Shown: piece by piece, positions 41,381 through 54,368 of the stretch
How the letters are laid out: each line of letters opens with the position of its first letter
Position numbering within the stretch: position 1 is the stretch's first letter
Assembly (NCBI RefSeq): GCF_006345805.1
Contig: NC_042998.1
Location: forward strand, 146,382,001-146,446,000
Source of the DNA: Octopus sinensis
Lineage: Eukaryota
DNA: 64,000 bases
Reading direction: 5' to 3'
Program-made: the position numbers and the translations under genes
Notes under the pieces: generated by a model
What the model was told of the DNA's origin: nothing
The model's database searches: none
Seen by the model: the letters and a program-made list of their open reading frames with translations, nothing else

Positions 41381-42379
41381 CGAAAAAATGAAAAACGAAG
41401 AAATTGGAGGGGTAGGGGTTTGGGAGCAAAAAATTCTTTCCGGAAATAGTAGCTGAAAAACAGGAAAAAAAAAAAAAAAGAAACTAAAAGCAATAGAAAT
41501 GTACGAACGATTATGGTGGTGCCATGAAGTAAACATGCTTCAGATACACTCTTTTATTCATACAAACATAACTGAGATGAAATATGTCATAAATAACAGT
41601 GACAAACGAAATATACACCGCCGAAAGTTGTTGACAAACAACAGCAGTAATTATATTCAGCTGAATACACGTCATTGATTGGTTGAAATTACCAAAATAC
41701 GAGAAATTTAACACGAAATAACTTCGTAAACATCAACTTTTCTCAAAAACGCTAAGAGTAAAAGATGTTTTATATGAAACATTCTACCAGTTTACGAAGT
41801 TTGAAAGTGTTTAGTTTACAAAAAATTATTGGATCTTTTCCTTTTGATGGACAGAATTTCTAGTTAACTAAACAATTTGAAACTTCGTATACTGGTAAAA
41901 TGTGTCAAAAGAAAACATTATTTTCACTTGGCTTTTTTGAGAAAATTGTAATTTGTAAGTTTAACGTAGTTTAATTCTTCGAATTTTAACCAATGAAATG
42001 CCAGCATTTGAGCTCAAATCATTTGCTGCTCTAAAAACTCAGACAACATCCTGTTGCAACGTAAACAGCACACACACACTCACACACACACACATACACA
42101 CACACGCACACGTGTTATTCATCATTCTCTCTTCTGTCTGTCTCGCTAATCGATATTGATAAACAAAGGAGCTCTTAAATCGATGAATTTCGTCGCCCAA
42201 TATTAACGATATTTTAAAAATATTTTCTTTCTTTTTTTTTACCGAAAAGGCTTCTCCCATGGTTTTGAAGGGCCAAAAACAACAAAAACAAAATAATAAT
42301 ATGCCTAAATCGGTCTAGAGGGTGCGCGTGGAGTGTGGGTCGTATTGTAAAAATTTGCGAAATATTTTTTCATAAAAGG

Positions 42380-44467
42380 TGTAGTGATCCTATACAACGG
42401 TGCGTGCGCGCACCGTCCTTTTCTGTTTCGCGCGTGCGCGAAGTCCGGAAGAGGGAATTTGCTGACGTGGCAGTTAGCCGAGGCAAGGGAGCGTGAACCT
42501 TAAAAGGGTCCGGAGAGACATAGCAGCAGTAGGCGGTGACTTGAGACACGGCGACTGAAGGCACCGGACGTGTAATTCTCTCTCTGTCCGGACTTGATAT
42601 AGCAGCAGTCGGCAGAAGACTTTTAACCAGGATTTGTTGCAGACCACATCATCTTCTCTCTCCTGACGCCATTTTGACCAGTGTTGTTGCATTTGAACAT
42701 TGTAAAATCTTACAAGCGATAAAGTTCAGCTCTGACACATCCATACCAAAGGGATACCAGATACACCACTTATTTCTTACCGTTATAAGACAATAACGTA
42801 TATATATATTTTACGTCTGCGTTTTGTGTTTCTTTGACTGGTAGAATCTGATATTAAAGCAACGGTAATTTGTATGCACCACATGCACTCTAAAAGTGCA
42901 TGAAGCTACTCGTTCCCGTTACACTGGTGACCCCCGACGTGATTCTGGTCTTAAACCAGAGATCACTTAACAACAAAAAATCCAGTTTTTTCTGCCAAGT
43001 CTGAACACGATCAACCTACGCATTCATCTTTCGACGATTTGTTTCCGGTCCCCTCAAACAGTTATAAAAGGAGCCTTTCTTATTCTTCAGCAATAATGAC
43101 GGACGCCATCATATCAACGATGCTTTTTCTCTGCCGTCGTCATCACCATCGTCGTTTTTCAACTTCACGTCGTCGCTATCTTCGTCGCCATCAACACTAA
43201 GCAACAATGTGTCTCAAGTCCACCACAGTCGCCTTCAACACCGTCGACCTCAACAATATGTAAATAGCAACTCGCGGAAGTTTAGCTTTCACGCTGTTCG
43301 TGTATACACACCAGAATTAACAGCACAGTCTACCTGCGAGATCTTCTGTACCAATTTAACCTGTCACAGCATTGAAGCCACAACCGCTACACGACATGTG
43401 TTCAACCGGCATCTGCATTTGTGATTTCAACATTCTGTTACAGAACGAACTGCTATTATGTATCAGGCTATTACGGACTGGTAAATTAACTCCATCTTGT
43501 CTGAAATACCCTGAGAGACTTTTTTCCTATGCGCTGTATTTTATTTTGTCCGCATTCACCTTGTTGTATTTCTGTCGCACACACGTACACACACAAATGC
43601 TATCTCTGTCACATTCATACGTCACACATGCCTTTCTCGCTTGTTTTTCCATGCTCAATTTGCCTTTGTGGACACAACTCATTTCTGTAAGACCCTAGGT
43701 CGGTCACGTATACATAAAGAAAGTTGTTTGTCCCTTATAACGCGCCAGCATGCCACACTTTTGTTCCTGCACGACCGAGGCATATAATCGCTCAAGCACT
43801 GGCTGGCCGCCTCAGCCTTACTACATTAACCACTGGCATATTCATCGCTGTTTTTTCAGTCTAGCAAGCCCTATTGCATTCATGCACCTCTGTTCTGCAC
43901 GTGTACTGCCTTGTTTTGCAACACGTTTGCGTCAGCTTAATTCTTTTCCCGACTCAAAGAACGTCGGATGTTCACATGCGCTGCGCCCATGTTTAGGGAA
44001 TTTGCTGACGTGGCAGTTAGCCGAGGCAAGGGAGCGTGAACCTTAAAAGGGTCCGGAGAGACATAGCAGCAGTAGGCGGTGACTTGAGACACGGCGACTG
44101 AAGGCACCGGACGTGTAATTCTCTCTCTGTCCGGACTTGATATAGCAGCAGTCGGCAGAAGACTTTTAACCAGGATTTGTTGCAGACCACATCATCTTCT
44201 CTCTCCTGACGCCATTTTGACCAGTGTTGTTGCATTTGAACATTGTAAAATCTTACAAGCGATAAAGTTCAGCTCTGACACATCCATACCAAAGGGATAC
44301 CAGATACACCACTTATTTCTTACCGTTATAAGACAATAAAGTATATATATTTTTTACGTCTGCGTTTTGTGTTTCTTTGACTGGTAGAATCTGGATATTA
44401 AAGCAACGGTAATTTGTATGCACCACATGCACTCTAAAAGTGCATGAAGCTACTCGTTCCCGTTACA
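42380..44467 (+). mobile_element. LTR retrotransposon derivative without a recognisable ORF (Gypsy-like 4-bp TSD AAGG)
   Basis: 5' LTR 42380-42923 (TGTAG...TTACA); 3' LTR 43995-44467 nearly identical but missing its first about 72 bp; AAGG at 42376-42379 and 44468-44471. Confidence 0.88.
42925..42943 (+). promoter_or_regulatory. Primer-binding site complementary to tRNA-Trp
   Basis: TGGTGACCCCCGACGTGAT, 1 nt after the LTR; equals the canonical tRNA-Trp PBS TGGTGACCCCGACGTGAT with one extra C. Confidence 0.88.
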
Positions 44468-44809
44468 AAGGATGCCCCAGCTTGTCGGAGGCTGTGATAT
44501 AAATTGGGAAAAAAATCCTCGACACCAGTGCGTAATTGGTACTTAATTTATCGACCCCCACCTTCTGGTTTATTTACCTTTTGTGTAAATTTGTTGCGGC
44601 AAGGGGCAAAACACAGAGGGGACAAAGCATGAGATACAAAAGTATTAAGTCGATTCTATCGACACCAGTGCGAACTCACGAACGTGTATGTATGCTTGTG
44701 TGCGTATGTGTGTGTATGTATATCTTCGTTTGTATGTGTGTACGCTTATATATTAATTACTATGTGCTTGTGCAAATGTATATGCATGTGTTTGAGAGAG
44801 AGAGAGTGA

Positions 44810-44840
<31 letters not shown>

Positions 44841-45274
44841 CAAGTGTACCTGTGTATGTATCTGAATATATATGTGTGTGTGTGTATGCGGCGTGCGTCT
44901 CCTCCTTTGTTTATCAATATCGATAACGCAGCAAATGATTTGAGCTCAAATGCTGGCATTTCATTGGTTAAAATCCGAAGATACGTTAAACTTACAAATT
45001 AAAATTTTCTCAAAAAAGTCAAGTGAAAATAATGTTTTCTTTTGACACATTCAACCAGTATACGAAGTTTCAAATTGTTTAGTTAACTAGAAATTTCGTC
45101 CATCAAAAGGAAAAGATCCAAATTATTTTCTAAATCTGTCGGTCAAAAGGTAAAGATCCTGATTCTCTTCTCACATTCCTCCTACCCAACACAGCCTCCT
45201 ATATTACCACCCAACCTCGTTACTTCGAATTCCTCCCCACCTCCCCCTAGCTTCAGTTTCAATCAGAACCACTT

Positions 45275-45495
45275 AGCAAACAGCAGTAACTTTCTTCGGC
45301 TGAATATACGTCATTGATTCGTTAAAATTATCAAAATACGACAACTTTAACACGAAATAACTTCCAAAATACAAAAGTTTGTCAAAAACGTTTAGTAAAC
45401 TGTGTTCTACGTGATACATTCAACCGTATCCGAAGTTTCAAACTGTTTAGTTAAAAAATTAATTGAAAAATCTGTGACTGAAATTGAAAAGATCC
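45275..45495. mobile_element. Older orphan right TIR of the same GGATC family
   Basis: CAGCAGTAA...GCTGAATATACGTCATTGATT...CGAAGTTTCAAA...GAAAAGATCC matches 41640-41830. Confidence 0.6.
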
Positions 45496-45796
45496 GTACT
45501 TTTTGACACTAGAGGTAAATACTCACACACACAGGCATACATACACACACACGCACACACACTCACACACACACAACACAACACAACACAACACAACACA
45601 ACACACAACACATACACGGACGGACGCGCGCAGAAATATACATATAGAGAGTGTGCATAAATAGAGGTATACTCACATACACACGTACACACACACAAAT
45701 ACACACTCATAACCAGACACACTCATAAACATATACACACAAACACACACACGATGGAAAATGAAATATAATCATACGATTAAGAGAGAGAGATAG

Positions 45797-45866
<70 letters not shown>

Positions 45867-46340
45867 TAAAATATCAAAATACGACAACAGATTGTTTGAC
45901 GAAGATCACAATGGTTTTTAATTTAACCCAAGAATTAAAATATTTTAAAGAAATGCACGGCTAAAATCACCCATTAAGCAGTTCTACCGTTGACATGTTT
46001 ACGTGCTAAATTGCAGGATAGAGATTAGCAAAGCTACGGAAGTAACATCTGCTGATTCTAAGTATGTATAAAATAAGTTTGCTGTCCATAACTGGAGAGT
46101 TGACACACTAAACTCGATAACTAGTACAAGGCAAGGTCACACAGGATATTATTACATACTGCTAACGTTACATATACAATAACCTTATATATACTTGTAT
46201 TAAATATCGTTGACCACTTTAAGCCCATATTGCCTTTGATCATTTTAAAAGAAAAAAATCTGATAAATGAAAAATATAAAGGAGATAGACAGACAGACAA
46301 ATAGATAGAGATAAACAGACATATAGACAGATAGATAGAA

Positions 46341-46395
<55 letters not shown>

Positions 46396-46870
46396 TAGAT
46401 AGATAGATAGACGAGGTAATGATGAAGGAAAATGAAGAGAATTTATTTGGTTTAACCGTTAATGTCGTCAGAAGAACGAGGTGTAAAATTATTACTTGTA
46501 TCTCGTTTTTGATATCACTGCAAACGTAGGTACACACACACACACAGACGCAGAGGAGGCGCAAGGTGACTGTGGACGAGGAGGTGTGAACCTTGGAAGA
46601 AGTAGTGCTACAAGAGATAGTGCTAATTGTGCACAAAGCTGGATCCTTATCAATCCTGGTTGGGTCACCTGGGTGAAGATGTTTGAATGTTGAATGATCT
46701 GAAATACCTAATAATCCACATGAAACATCACTGATGTTGTGTGTAGGCGCATTACAGGATGATGTATGGAAAAATTAATATAATATAATATAATATTATA
46801 TAATATAATATAATATACAGGATGGGTCAAAAGTCACGTACCAAAACAGTTGACATTTTGTTTATGTACA

Positions 46871-47500
46871 GGCATGGAAGTGTCGTCAGCCGGGCCCGTC
46901 CAAGATCCGCGCAGGACGACGAAACTGTTTTGCACGCTCTCGTCCAGTGCCAGAGCATTGCTGACTTCTGGGTTTATGTCGAACACCAACTGTCGCAGGT
47001 AGGACGAATCCAGCTATCGGCTGAGTCCACCTTGAAGATCACCCCGCATCCTTTCTTTGGCTGGGAAGAGCAGACGGCGTTTCTTTGTCTGGTGGCCTCA
47101 GCGAGAAAGGTTGTGTGGGTGAGTAGGTTGAAAATGCTGAAGACAGACACCTTCCTCTTTAGCTAAACCTTATCAACTTTTTCAAGTTCCACTTGAAAAG
47201 GAAAGTGAGAGTAGAGGAAAGTGCTGCCTCCGTGCAATTTTGTCAAAAGGTGGGTGAATGTAACGCAAATGGCCCGAGTGAACAGGCCTACTTTAAGCAT
47301 GCGGCTCTAGATCAAGGGCAGAAGAAGAGGCGAGGGTACTTGCCTACGAGGTCAGAGTGATCATGGCTTTTGTGGGGTTTTCACGAGCAGCCCTTGGAAG
47401 TCTCCCTCTTTTGGGGATTTCATTCTTATTGTTTTTCGTTATTCACACCACTCGTTTTTTGTACTGTCCTGTATCGCCCCCAATCTTTTAAATGAACTCT
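46871..47500 (+). mobile_element. Third L1/Tx1-type 3' fragment
   Basis: RHG...PRSAQDDETVLHALVQCQSIADFWVYVE...GRIQLSAES parallels the C-terminal zinc-finger region at about 19750 and 31600. Confidence 0.75.
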
Positions 47501-47560
47501 CAGTGGTTAATGAAGAAAAGGTTATTATTATTATCATTATTATTATTATTATTATTATTA

Positions 47561-50235
47561 TTCAGTAGTTTTATTTTTATAGCATGCTTTCACTTCACTA
47601 CCGAGCACAGCTCTGTGTGCCTTGGGTATGTGCTGTGATTTGTTGTGATGCTCTGATGGTTATTGTATGGAAAGTGTTCTGCGTAGGATGTGTGCAGTGC
47701 CTAATAGCGCAATTTTCTGTATGTTATATGTGTTTGTAAGTCCTGGTGTTTTTGTTATGTATTTGTCTGAATATTTTTTTATCATGCCTAGTGCACCTAC
47801 TATGATAGGAATTGTTTCTGTTTTCAGATTCCACATTCTAGTTACCTCTATTTCCAGGTCTTTGTATTTTGAGAGTTTCTCCATTTCTTTTAGAGACACG
47901 TTGTCATCAGCCGGTATTGATACATCAATTAGAAAGCATTTTTTTTCTTCATGATCTCTGACAACTATATCTGGTCTGTTGGTCTTAATTTCTCTATCTG
48001 TGTGTATCGGCATATCCCAGAGTATGGTTGCTTTCTCGTTTTCTGTGACCTTTTCTGGTGTGTGCCTATACCATCTTTTTTCTGTTGTTATTCCATAATG
48101 TTGGCATAGCTTCCAATGTATGTAGGTTCCAACTCTGTCATGTCTGTGAATATATTCCTTCTTAGCCAAGACTGGGCAGCTAGAGATAATACGATTTATT
48201 GTTTCTTGTCCATCTCCACATATTCTGCAGTTACTTGTAATATTTCTTTTCATTACATGTTTTTGGTAATTTCTGGTGGGGAGGCTTTGGTCTTGTGCTG
48301 CAATTAAAAATCCCTCTGTTTCTGCTTTGAGTCCTGAGCTTCTCAACCATTGCTGGGATTTTTCTTTGTCTATTTCTTTTGCGTTTAGTTTAGTCCAGTA
48401 TTTACCATGAAGGGGCTTTTCTTGCCATCGTTTTATCATGGTTCGTTGCTGTTCTAGTTTTAGTTTGGATTTCATTTGTTTTATAGCTTTTGTTGTTTAT
48501 TCATCTTCTTCTTCTTCTTCATGTTTATTAGGTGGTATGATTTCTTGTTTGTATTTGTCAGCTTCCTTAAATACTGAGAACAGTTTTTTGTTTTGCTCGT
48601 GTTTTGCCGCTATCTGGATCAGTTTTCCTTCCTTCTGAAGTAGATATTTTTGCAGTCCTATGGTGGTTATTTTATAGTAGTTTTCCAGCTGTATAAGGCC
48701 TCTACCACCTTCTATACGTTGTATATATAGTCTTTCTATGTCAGATTTTGGGTGATGCATCCTAGATCCTGTCATTATTTTTCTTGTTTTCCTATCTATT
48801 TTGGTCAGTTCATTTAGTGTCCAGTTAAGGATATTGTAGCTGTAACTTATAACTGGGACAGCTAAAGTGTTGATACCTATTATCTTGTTTTTAGCATTGA
48901 GCTCTGTGTTTAGTATTGATCTAACTCGTCTATTATATTCTTTTTTTAATTTCTCTTTCATTTGTGTGTGTTGTGTCTTATCTAGTTCATGGATTCCTAA
49001 GTATTTGTAAGTTTGGCTTTGGTCTAATTCTTTTATTTCATTGGTTTTATCTAGTGTGATGTTGTTACTCTTAACTAGTTTTCCTCTTTTCAGGGTTACT
49101 TTGGCGCATTTTTCTAATCCAAATTTCATATCTATTTCTTTGGTAAATCCATGAACTGTCTTTAATAGTGTTTCCAGCTGTTTGTCATTTGCAGCGTATA
49201 GTTTTAGGTCATCCATATATAAAAGGTGGCTGATCGTTTTGCCGTAACATTTATATCCGCATCCAGTTCTATTTAGCATATCAGATAGAGGTGACAGTGC
49301 CAAGCAGAAGAAGAGTGGGGAGAGCGTGTCTCCCTGGAATATTCCTCTTCTAATGGGGATGTCTTTGGTTTTCACGAGTCCCTCTTTTGTTTGGAGGTGT
49401 AGGACTGTTTGCCATTTATTCATAGAGTGCTCTATGAATTTTATGATTGTTGGTGCTACTTCGTTAATGGCTAGTGTTTCGAGGATCCATGTGTGGGGAT
49501 GCTATCAAACGCCTTTTTGTAGTCAATCCAGGCCATACTGAGGCCTTTCTTCTTTCTGTGGCTGTCTTCAGTTATGGCTTTATTAATCATTAGTCGATCT
49601 TTACAGCCATATGAGCCTTTGCGGCATCCTTTCTGCTCTTCTGGGAACAGTTTGTTTTCGTCCAGGTGCTTGTTCAGCCTTTGTGATATCACTGCAGTAA
49701 ATGCCTTGAACATAGTAGGGAGGCAGGTTATTGGTCTGTAGTTTTCTGGTTTTTCTGTTTCATTTGATTTGGGAATTAAGATGGTTTTCCCCTTCGTGAG
49801 CCATTCAGGCATTGTCTCTGGCTCTGCTAGTACTTTGTTAAAGTTTTCAGCCAGCTTTTTGTGCATTCCTGTTAGATATTTCAACCAGAAGTTGGGGATC
49901 TTGTCATGCCCAGGTGCCTTCCAGTTGCTTAGTCTTTGCAGTGCTTGGGTGACCTCTTCAGTTGTTATGGGGGTCCAAAGTTGTTCAGATGCCGAGTTTG
50001 TTATTCTGATACTCCTTTTTTTTGGTGGTTCGTTCGCCGACCATATTTCTCCCCAGAATTCTTCCAATTCTTCTGCCGTTGGTGCTGCAGTGACTTCTAT
50101 TTTATTTTTTCCCAGTTCTTGGTAGAACTTTTTGGGGTTAGAGTTGAACTTTTTGTTTTCTTCAAAGAAGCGTTGGCGTTTCTTGTACCGGCGGATCCTT
50201 TGTGCTTTGGCAAGGATATCTTGCTTCAGCTTTTC

Positions 50236-50238
<3 letters not shown>
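47561..50238 (-). mobile_element. 5'-truncated R4/Dong-clade non-LTR retrotransposon (RT + CCHC + restriction-like endonuclease), flanked by (TAA)n
   Basis: NYRPITCLPT, WIDYKKAFDSIP, RGIFQGDTLSPL, HLLYMDDLKLY, CRICGDGQETINRIISSC, RPDIVV...LIDVSIP...KLSKYKDL; ORF pieces 49471-50067, 48497-49423 and 47660-48475. Confidence 0.92.
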
Positions 50239-50324
<86 letters not shown>

Positions 50325-50494
50325 GGCGGCGAGCTGGCAGAAACGTTAGCGCGCCGGGCGAAATGCTTAGCGGTATTTCGTCTGCCGCTACGTTCTGAGT
50401 TCAAATTCCACCGAGGTCGACTTTGCCTTTCATCCTTTCGGGGTCGATAAATAAAGTACCAGTTTCGCACTGGGGTCGGTGGGCAGTAAAGAAA
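50325..50494 (+). mobile_element. Type-A SINE inside a (TTA)n tract
   Basis: Family consensus head; (TTA)n on both sides. Confidence 0.85.
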
Positions 50495-50508
50495 TATTAT
50501 TATTATTA

Positions 50509-52092
50509 TTCAGTAATTTTATTTTTATAGCGTGCTTTCACTTCACTACCGAGCGCAGCTCTGTGTGCCTTGTGTATGTGCTGTGATTTGTTGTGATGCT
50601 CTGATGGTTACTGTATTGAAAGTGTTCTGCGCAGGATGTGTGCAGTGCCTAGTAGCGCAATTTTCTGTATGTTATATGTGTTTGTAAGTTCTGGTGTTTT
50701 TGTTATGGATTTGTCTGAATATTTTTGTATCATGCCTAATGCACCTACTATGATAGGAATTGTTTCTGTTTTCAGATTCCACATTCTGGTTACCTCCATT
50801 TACAGGTCTTTGTATTTTGAAAGTTTCTCCATTTCTTTTAGAGACACGTTGTCATCTGCTGGTATTGATACATCAATTAGAAAGCATTTTTTTTTCTTCG
50901 TGATCTCTGATCCTCTTCTAATGGGGATGTCTTTGGTTTTCACGAGTCCCTCTTTTGTTTGGAGGTGTAGCACTGTCTGTCATTTATTCATAGAGTGTCC
51001 TATGTATTTTATAATTGTTGGTGCTACTTCGTTAATGGCTAGTGTTTCGAGGATCCATGTGTGGGGGATGCTATCAAACGCCTTTCTGTAGTCGATCCAG
51101 GCCATACTGAGGCCTTTCTTCTTTCTGTGGCTGTCTTCAGTTATGGCTTTATTGATCATTAGTTGATCTTGACAGCCATATGAGCCTTTGCGGCATCCTT
51201 TCTGCTCTTCTGGAAACAGGTTGTTTTCGTCCAGGTGCTTGTTCAATCTTAGTGATATTACTGCAGTAAATGCTTTGTACATTGTAGGGAGACAGGTTAT
51301 AGGTCTGTAGTTTTCTGGTTTTGCCGTCTCATTGGATTTAGGAATTAAGATGGTTTTCCCCTTCGTGAGCCATACAGGCATTGTCTCTGGCTCTGCCAGT
51401 ATGTTGTTAAAGTTTTCAGCCAGCTTTTTGTGCATTCCTGGTAGATATTTCAACCAGAAGTCTTGTCATGCCCAGGTGCCTTCCAGATGCTTAGTCTTTG
51501 TTGTGCCTGGGTGACCTCTTCAGTTGTGGGGGGTCCAAATTTGCTCAGATGCTATGTTTGTTGTTTTAATACTCCTTTGTTTTTGGTTGTTCATTCGCCG
51601 ACCATATTTCTATCCAGAATTCTTCCACTACTTCTGCCGTTGGTGCTGCAGTGATGTCTATTTTATTTTTGCCAAGTTCTTGGTAGAACTTTTTGGGGTT
51701 GGAGTTGAACTAGTTGTTTTGTTTAAAGAAACGTTGGCGTTTCTCATACCGGCAGATCCTTTGTGCTCTGGCAAGGCTATCTTGTTTTAGCTTTTCTTTT
51801 ATCTCAGGTAAATCTTTTTGTGTGATGTTGTATTTACACAGTATTTTTGTTTTCTTTTTGTTGCTTAGTAGCGTTGATTGTCTACTGATTTCGTTAAGAA
51901 TCGACAGATCTTTTTTCACTTTTTGTATTTTTTGGGGGGGGGATGTTATTTATCCACAGGGTTTGTTTCGGTGGTGGTACTCCTGTTTGGATGGATTTGA
52001 GGGAGTATTCAGCTTCTTTTGTGGCTGCATATACTAAGTCATTTAGCTCAGTGATATTGCTATTTGTTTCAGTGGCTGTTAGTTCCGTGGCT
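50509..52092 (-). mobile_element. Second R4/Dong-clade copy with a large internal deletion
   Basis: Same 3' UTR and C-terminus (ILRRTLSIQ); junction near 50910 joins sequence equivalent to about 47960 and 49345 of copy 1; (TAA)n at both ends. Confidence 0.9.
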
Positions 52093-52138
52093 ATTATTAT
52101 TATAATTATAATTATCATTATCATTATCATTATCATCA

Positions 52139-52188
<50 letters not shown>

Positions 52189-52210
52189 TATTTATTTTTT
52201 TTTTTTTTAA

Positions 52211-52320
52211 GGCGACGAGCATTTCGTTCGTCTTTATGTTCCGAGTTCAATTTCCGCCGAGGTCAACTTTGCCTTTCGTCCTTTCGGGGTCGATAAACTA
52301 GTGAAACACTGGGGTTGATG
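52211..52320 (+). mobile_element. Degenerate type-A SINE
   Basis: GGCGACGAGC...CCGAGTTCAATTTCCGCCGAGGTCAACTTTGCC. Confidence 0.7.
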
Positions 52321-52391
52321 TAATCGGCTTAAACACACCCCTCAAAATTGCTGATCTTGTGCCTATAGTAAAAAGGATTTTTAATTTATTA

Positions 52392-54285
52392 CATTGGTCA
52401 ACAAAATAAAAATTTATTTTCTGGCATAAAATCTTAGAGTTGTTTTAGACTAATTTTTGGGTGCTGAAACCAAAACTAACCTCAGATTTGTTCTATGACA
52501 TTAAAATTTTGTGCCATATGTATATGCCTTTATTTACCTGGAGCATACCAAAAGTTATTACTATTTGCGAGAATTTTGGCTGGATTGTCATGCTAATTTT
52601 GAATATGTTCAAACTGAGTTTTGCTTTAAAACCCTTCCTCTTTTCTCACATGTAAACTAAACCACCGTGATCTAGTTATGGATACATCAAAAAGAAGGAC
52701 GTATTGATAAGAGCCTGATATCTTGTTACGTCTGTGGAAACTTCACTCCACAGGCTCAAGGGCACAACATTAATAACTTTACCAAGAAGATGCATCATAC
52801 TAACAGTAAAGTAACTACTTGGAAATCAGGACAAAACCTGAGCTCCCCACAAACTTTGCACAACCTGTGTTGAAACTTGGTGTGGTGAAACAATTCATCA
52901 AAGCTCTTGATCACAGTGGAGAGTCCTTCAGATATATATGCACAACCTTTTCAAGTCTCAGTGACGAGAAGAAGGTAGGAATATTTGATGAACCGCAAAT
53001 AAGAACACTCCTCGGGGATTCACATTCTGTACAATAATGAGTTCGGCAGAGGCTAGAGATTGGAATACCTTCTCTGATGTGGTTCAGAATTTCCTCGGGA
53101 ATGGGAAAGCTGACAACTATCACGAGATTGTGGAGGAGCTGCTCTTGAGTTTGCAAACACTTGGATGTAGAATGAGCATTAAATTGCGCTATTCACACAC
53201 AGGGCCGGCCTTAGAAGGTGCGGGGCCCAACTGGGTGAGGTGAAGGGGGGAATTTCCGAGGGTTCACCCTACCCCACCCTCTTCGATTTCTGTGGAAAAA
53301 AAATTATTTGCGGTATATTAAGATATTAGATTAGTTGATAGCACAAGAAGCAAAAAAAAAAAAACAAAAACGAAGAAAAACATTATTTCCCACCAAAATT
53401 GAGTTGGGTCTTGAACTATAAAATTATCAAAAGTTTTCACTATCAGTAAGCGAAACTAGCCGAAATTGCGAGGATGATCCGGTTCTTGACTGAAGATTAG
53501 AGGCTTCGAATGACCCGTCCATTTTTTGTGTCGTCTATTTGAATGTTTTGCGTTCTTGTCCCATTTTGTATTTTTATATATATTTTTATGCATACATTTA
53601 AATTACACTTTTTAAAAATATTCTGGTGAAAATTGAAAAGAAATTTAGCAAGATCCCAAAGAAACTTATATATGCTGCATGATGTTACGCTAAAAGAGAT
53701 ATACATAAAAAAACAAATTAATAATTAGAATTTTTCGGAAGCTGGTTATATACTTGCCTTATATTTTTTCTATAACCTCTGTTGTAGAAAACATTCCTGT
53801 CTGCCTGTTTCTTAGCTGTATGGTTCTGAGTTTAGCACCAAATGTCTCCTACTATAACACCGCACGCGCGCGTGTGTGGCTGTTTGTGCTTGTCCAAAAA
53901 CCTAAATGTGAGTCATTGCAAAGACATGTTCTCTTTTAATCAAGAGACAAGAAATTTTATCTCACCTCCCCCATCTCTCTCTCTCCCTCCCTCTCTCCCT
54001 CTCTCTCACTGTACACACACACACACACACATGCGCGCGCGTATATATATATGTATACAATTCACCACGCACTAAAAATACATATACGTCCAATCATACG
54101 CATACAAGCAAAAACATACATACAAACACATTCACACAAATACAAAGACTTCAAAAAAAAAAAACCACTATGAAAAATAACTGAACTTTTCACCTTTGCT
54201 TTGACAGAAATTCCTGTGGCCAAAAGATTGAGCACACATTTAGCCTTTTGCATTTATCATTTTTGTTTTATTTCTTGCTTTCTTC

Positions 54286-54368
<83 letters not shown>

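Larger units (their letters stand above)
41831..45119. mobile_element. Inner related long-TIR element with 8-bp TSD AAATTATT
   Basis: GGATCTTTTCCTTTTGATGGAC... / ...GTCCATCAAAAGGAAAAGATCC; TIRs of about 200 bp; TSD at 41823-41830 and 45120-45127. Confidence 0.9.
40967..45159. mobile_element. Outer non-autonomous DNA transposon: long TIRs (about 290 bp), internal TTAGGG-like tract, 8-bp TSD
   Basis: GGATCTTTACCTTTTGACC... / ...GGTCAAAAGGTAAAGATCC; TSD CGATTCTC (40959-40966) and TGATTCTC (45160-45167); right TIR split by the inner element. Confidence 0.88.

Noticed and set aside
50636-51091. 151-aa plus-strand ORF (and similar antisense ORFs over the LINEs and the Helitron)
   Set aside because: Antisense shadow of the retrotransposon reading frame
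53488-53520. Hammerhead-like CTGAAGA...CGAA...GTC
   Set aside because: GAAA core incomplete and helices I and II do not pair
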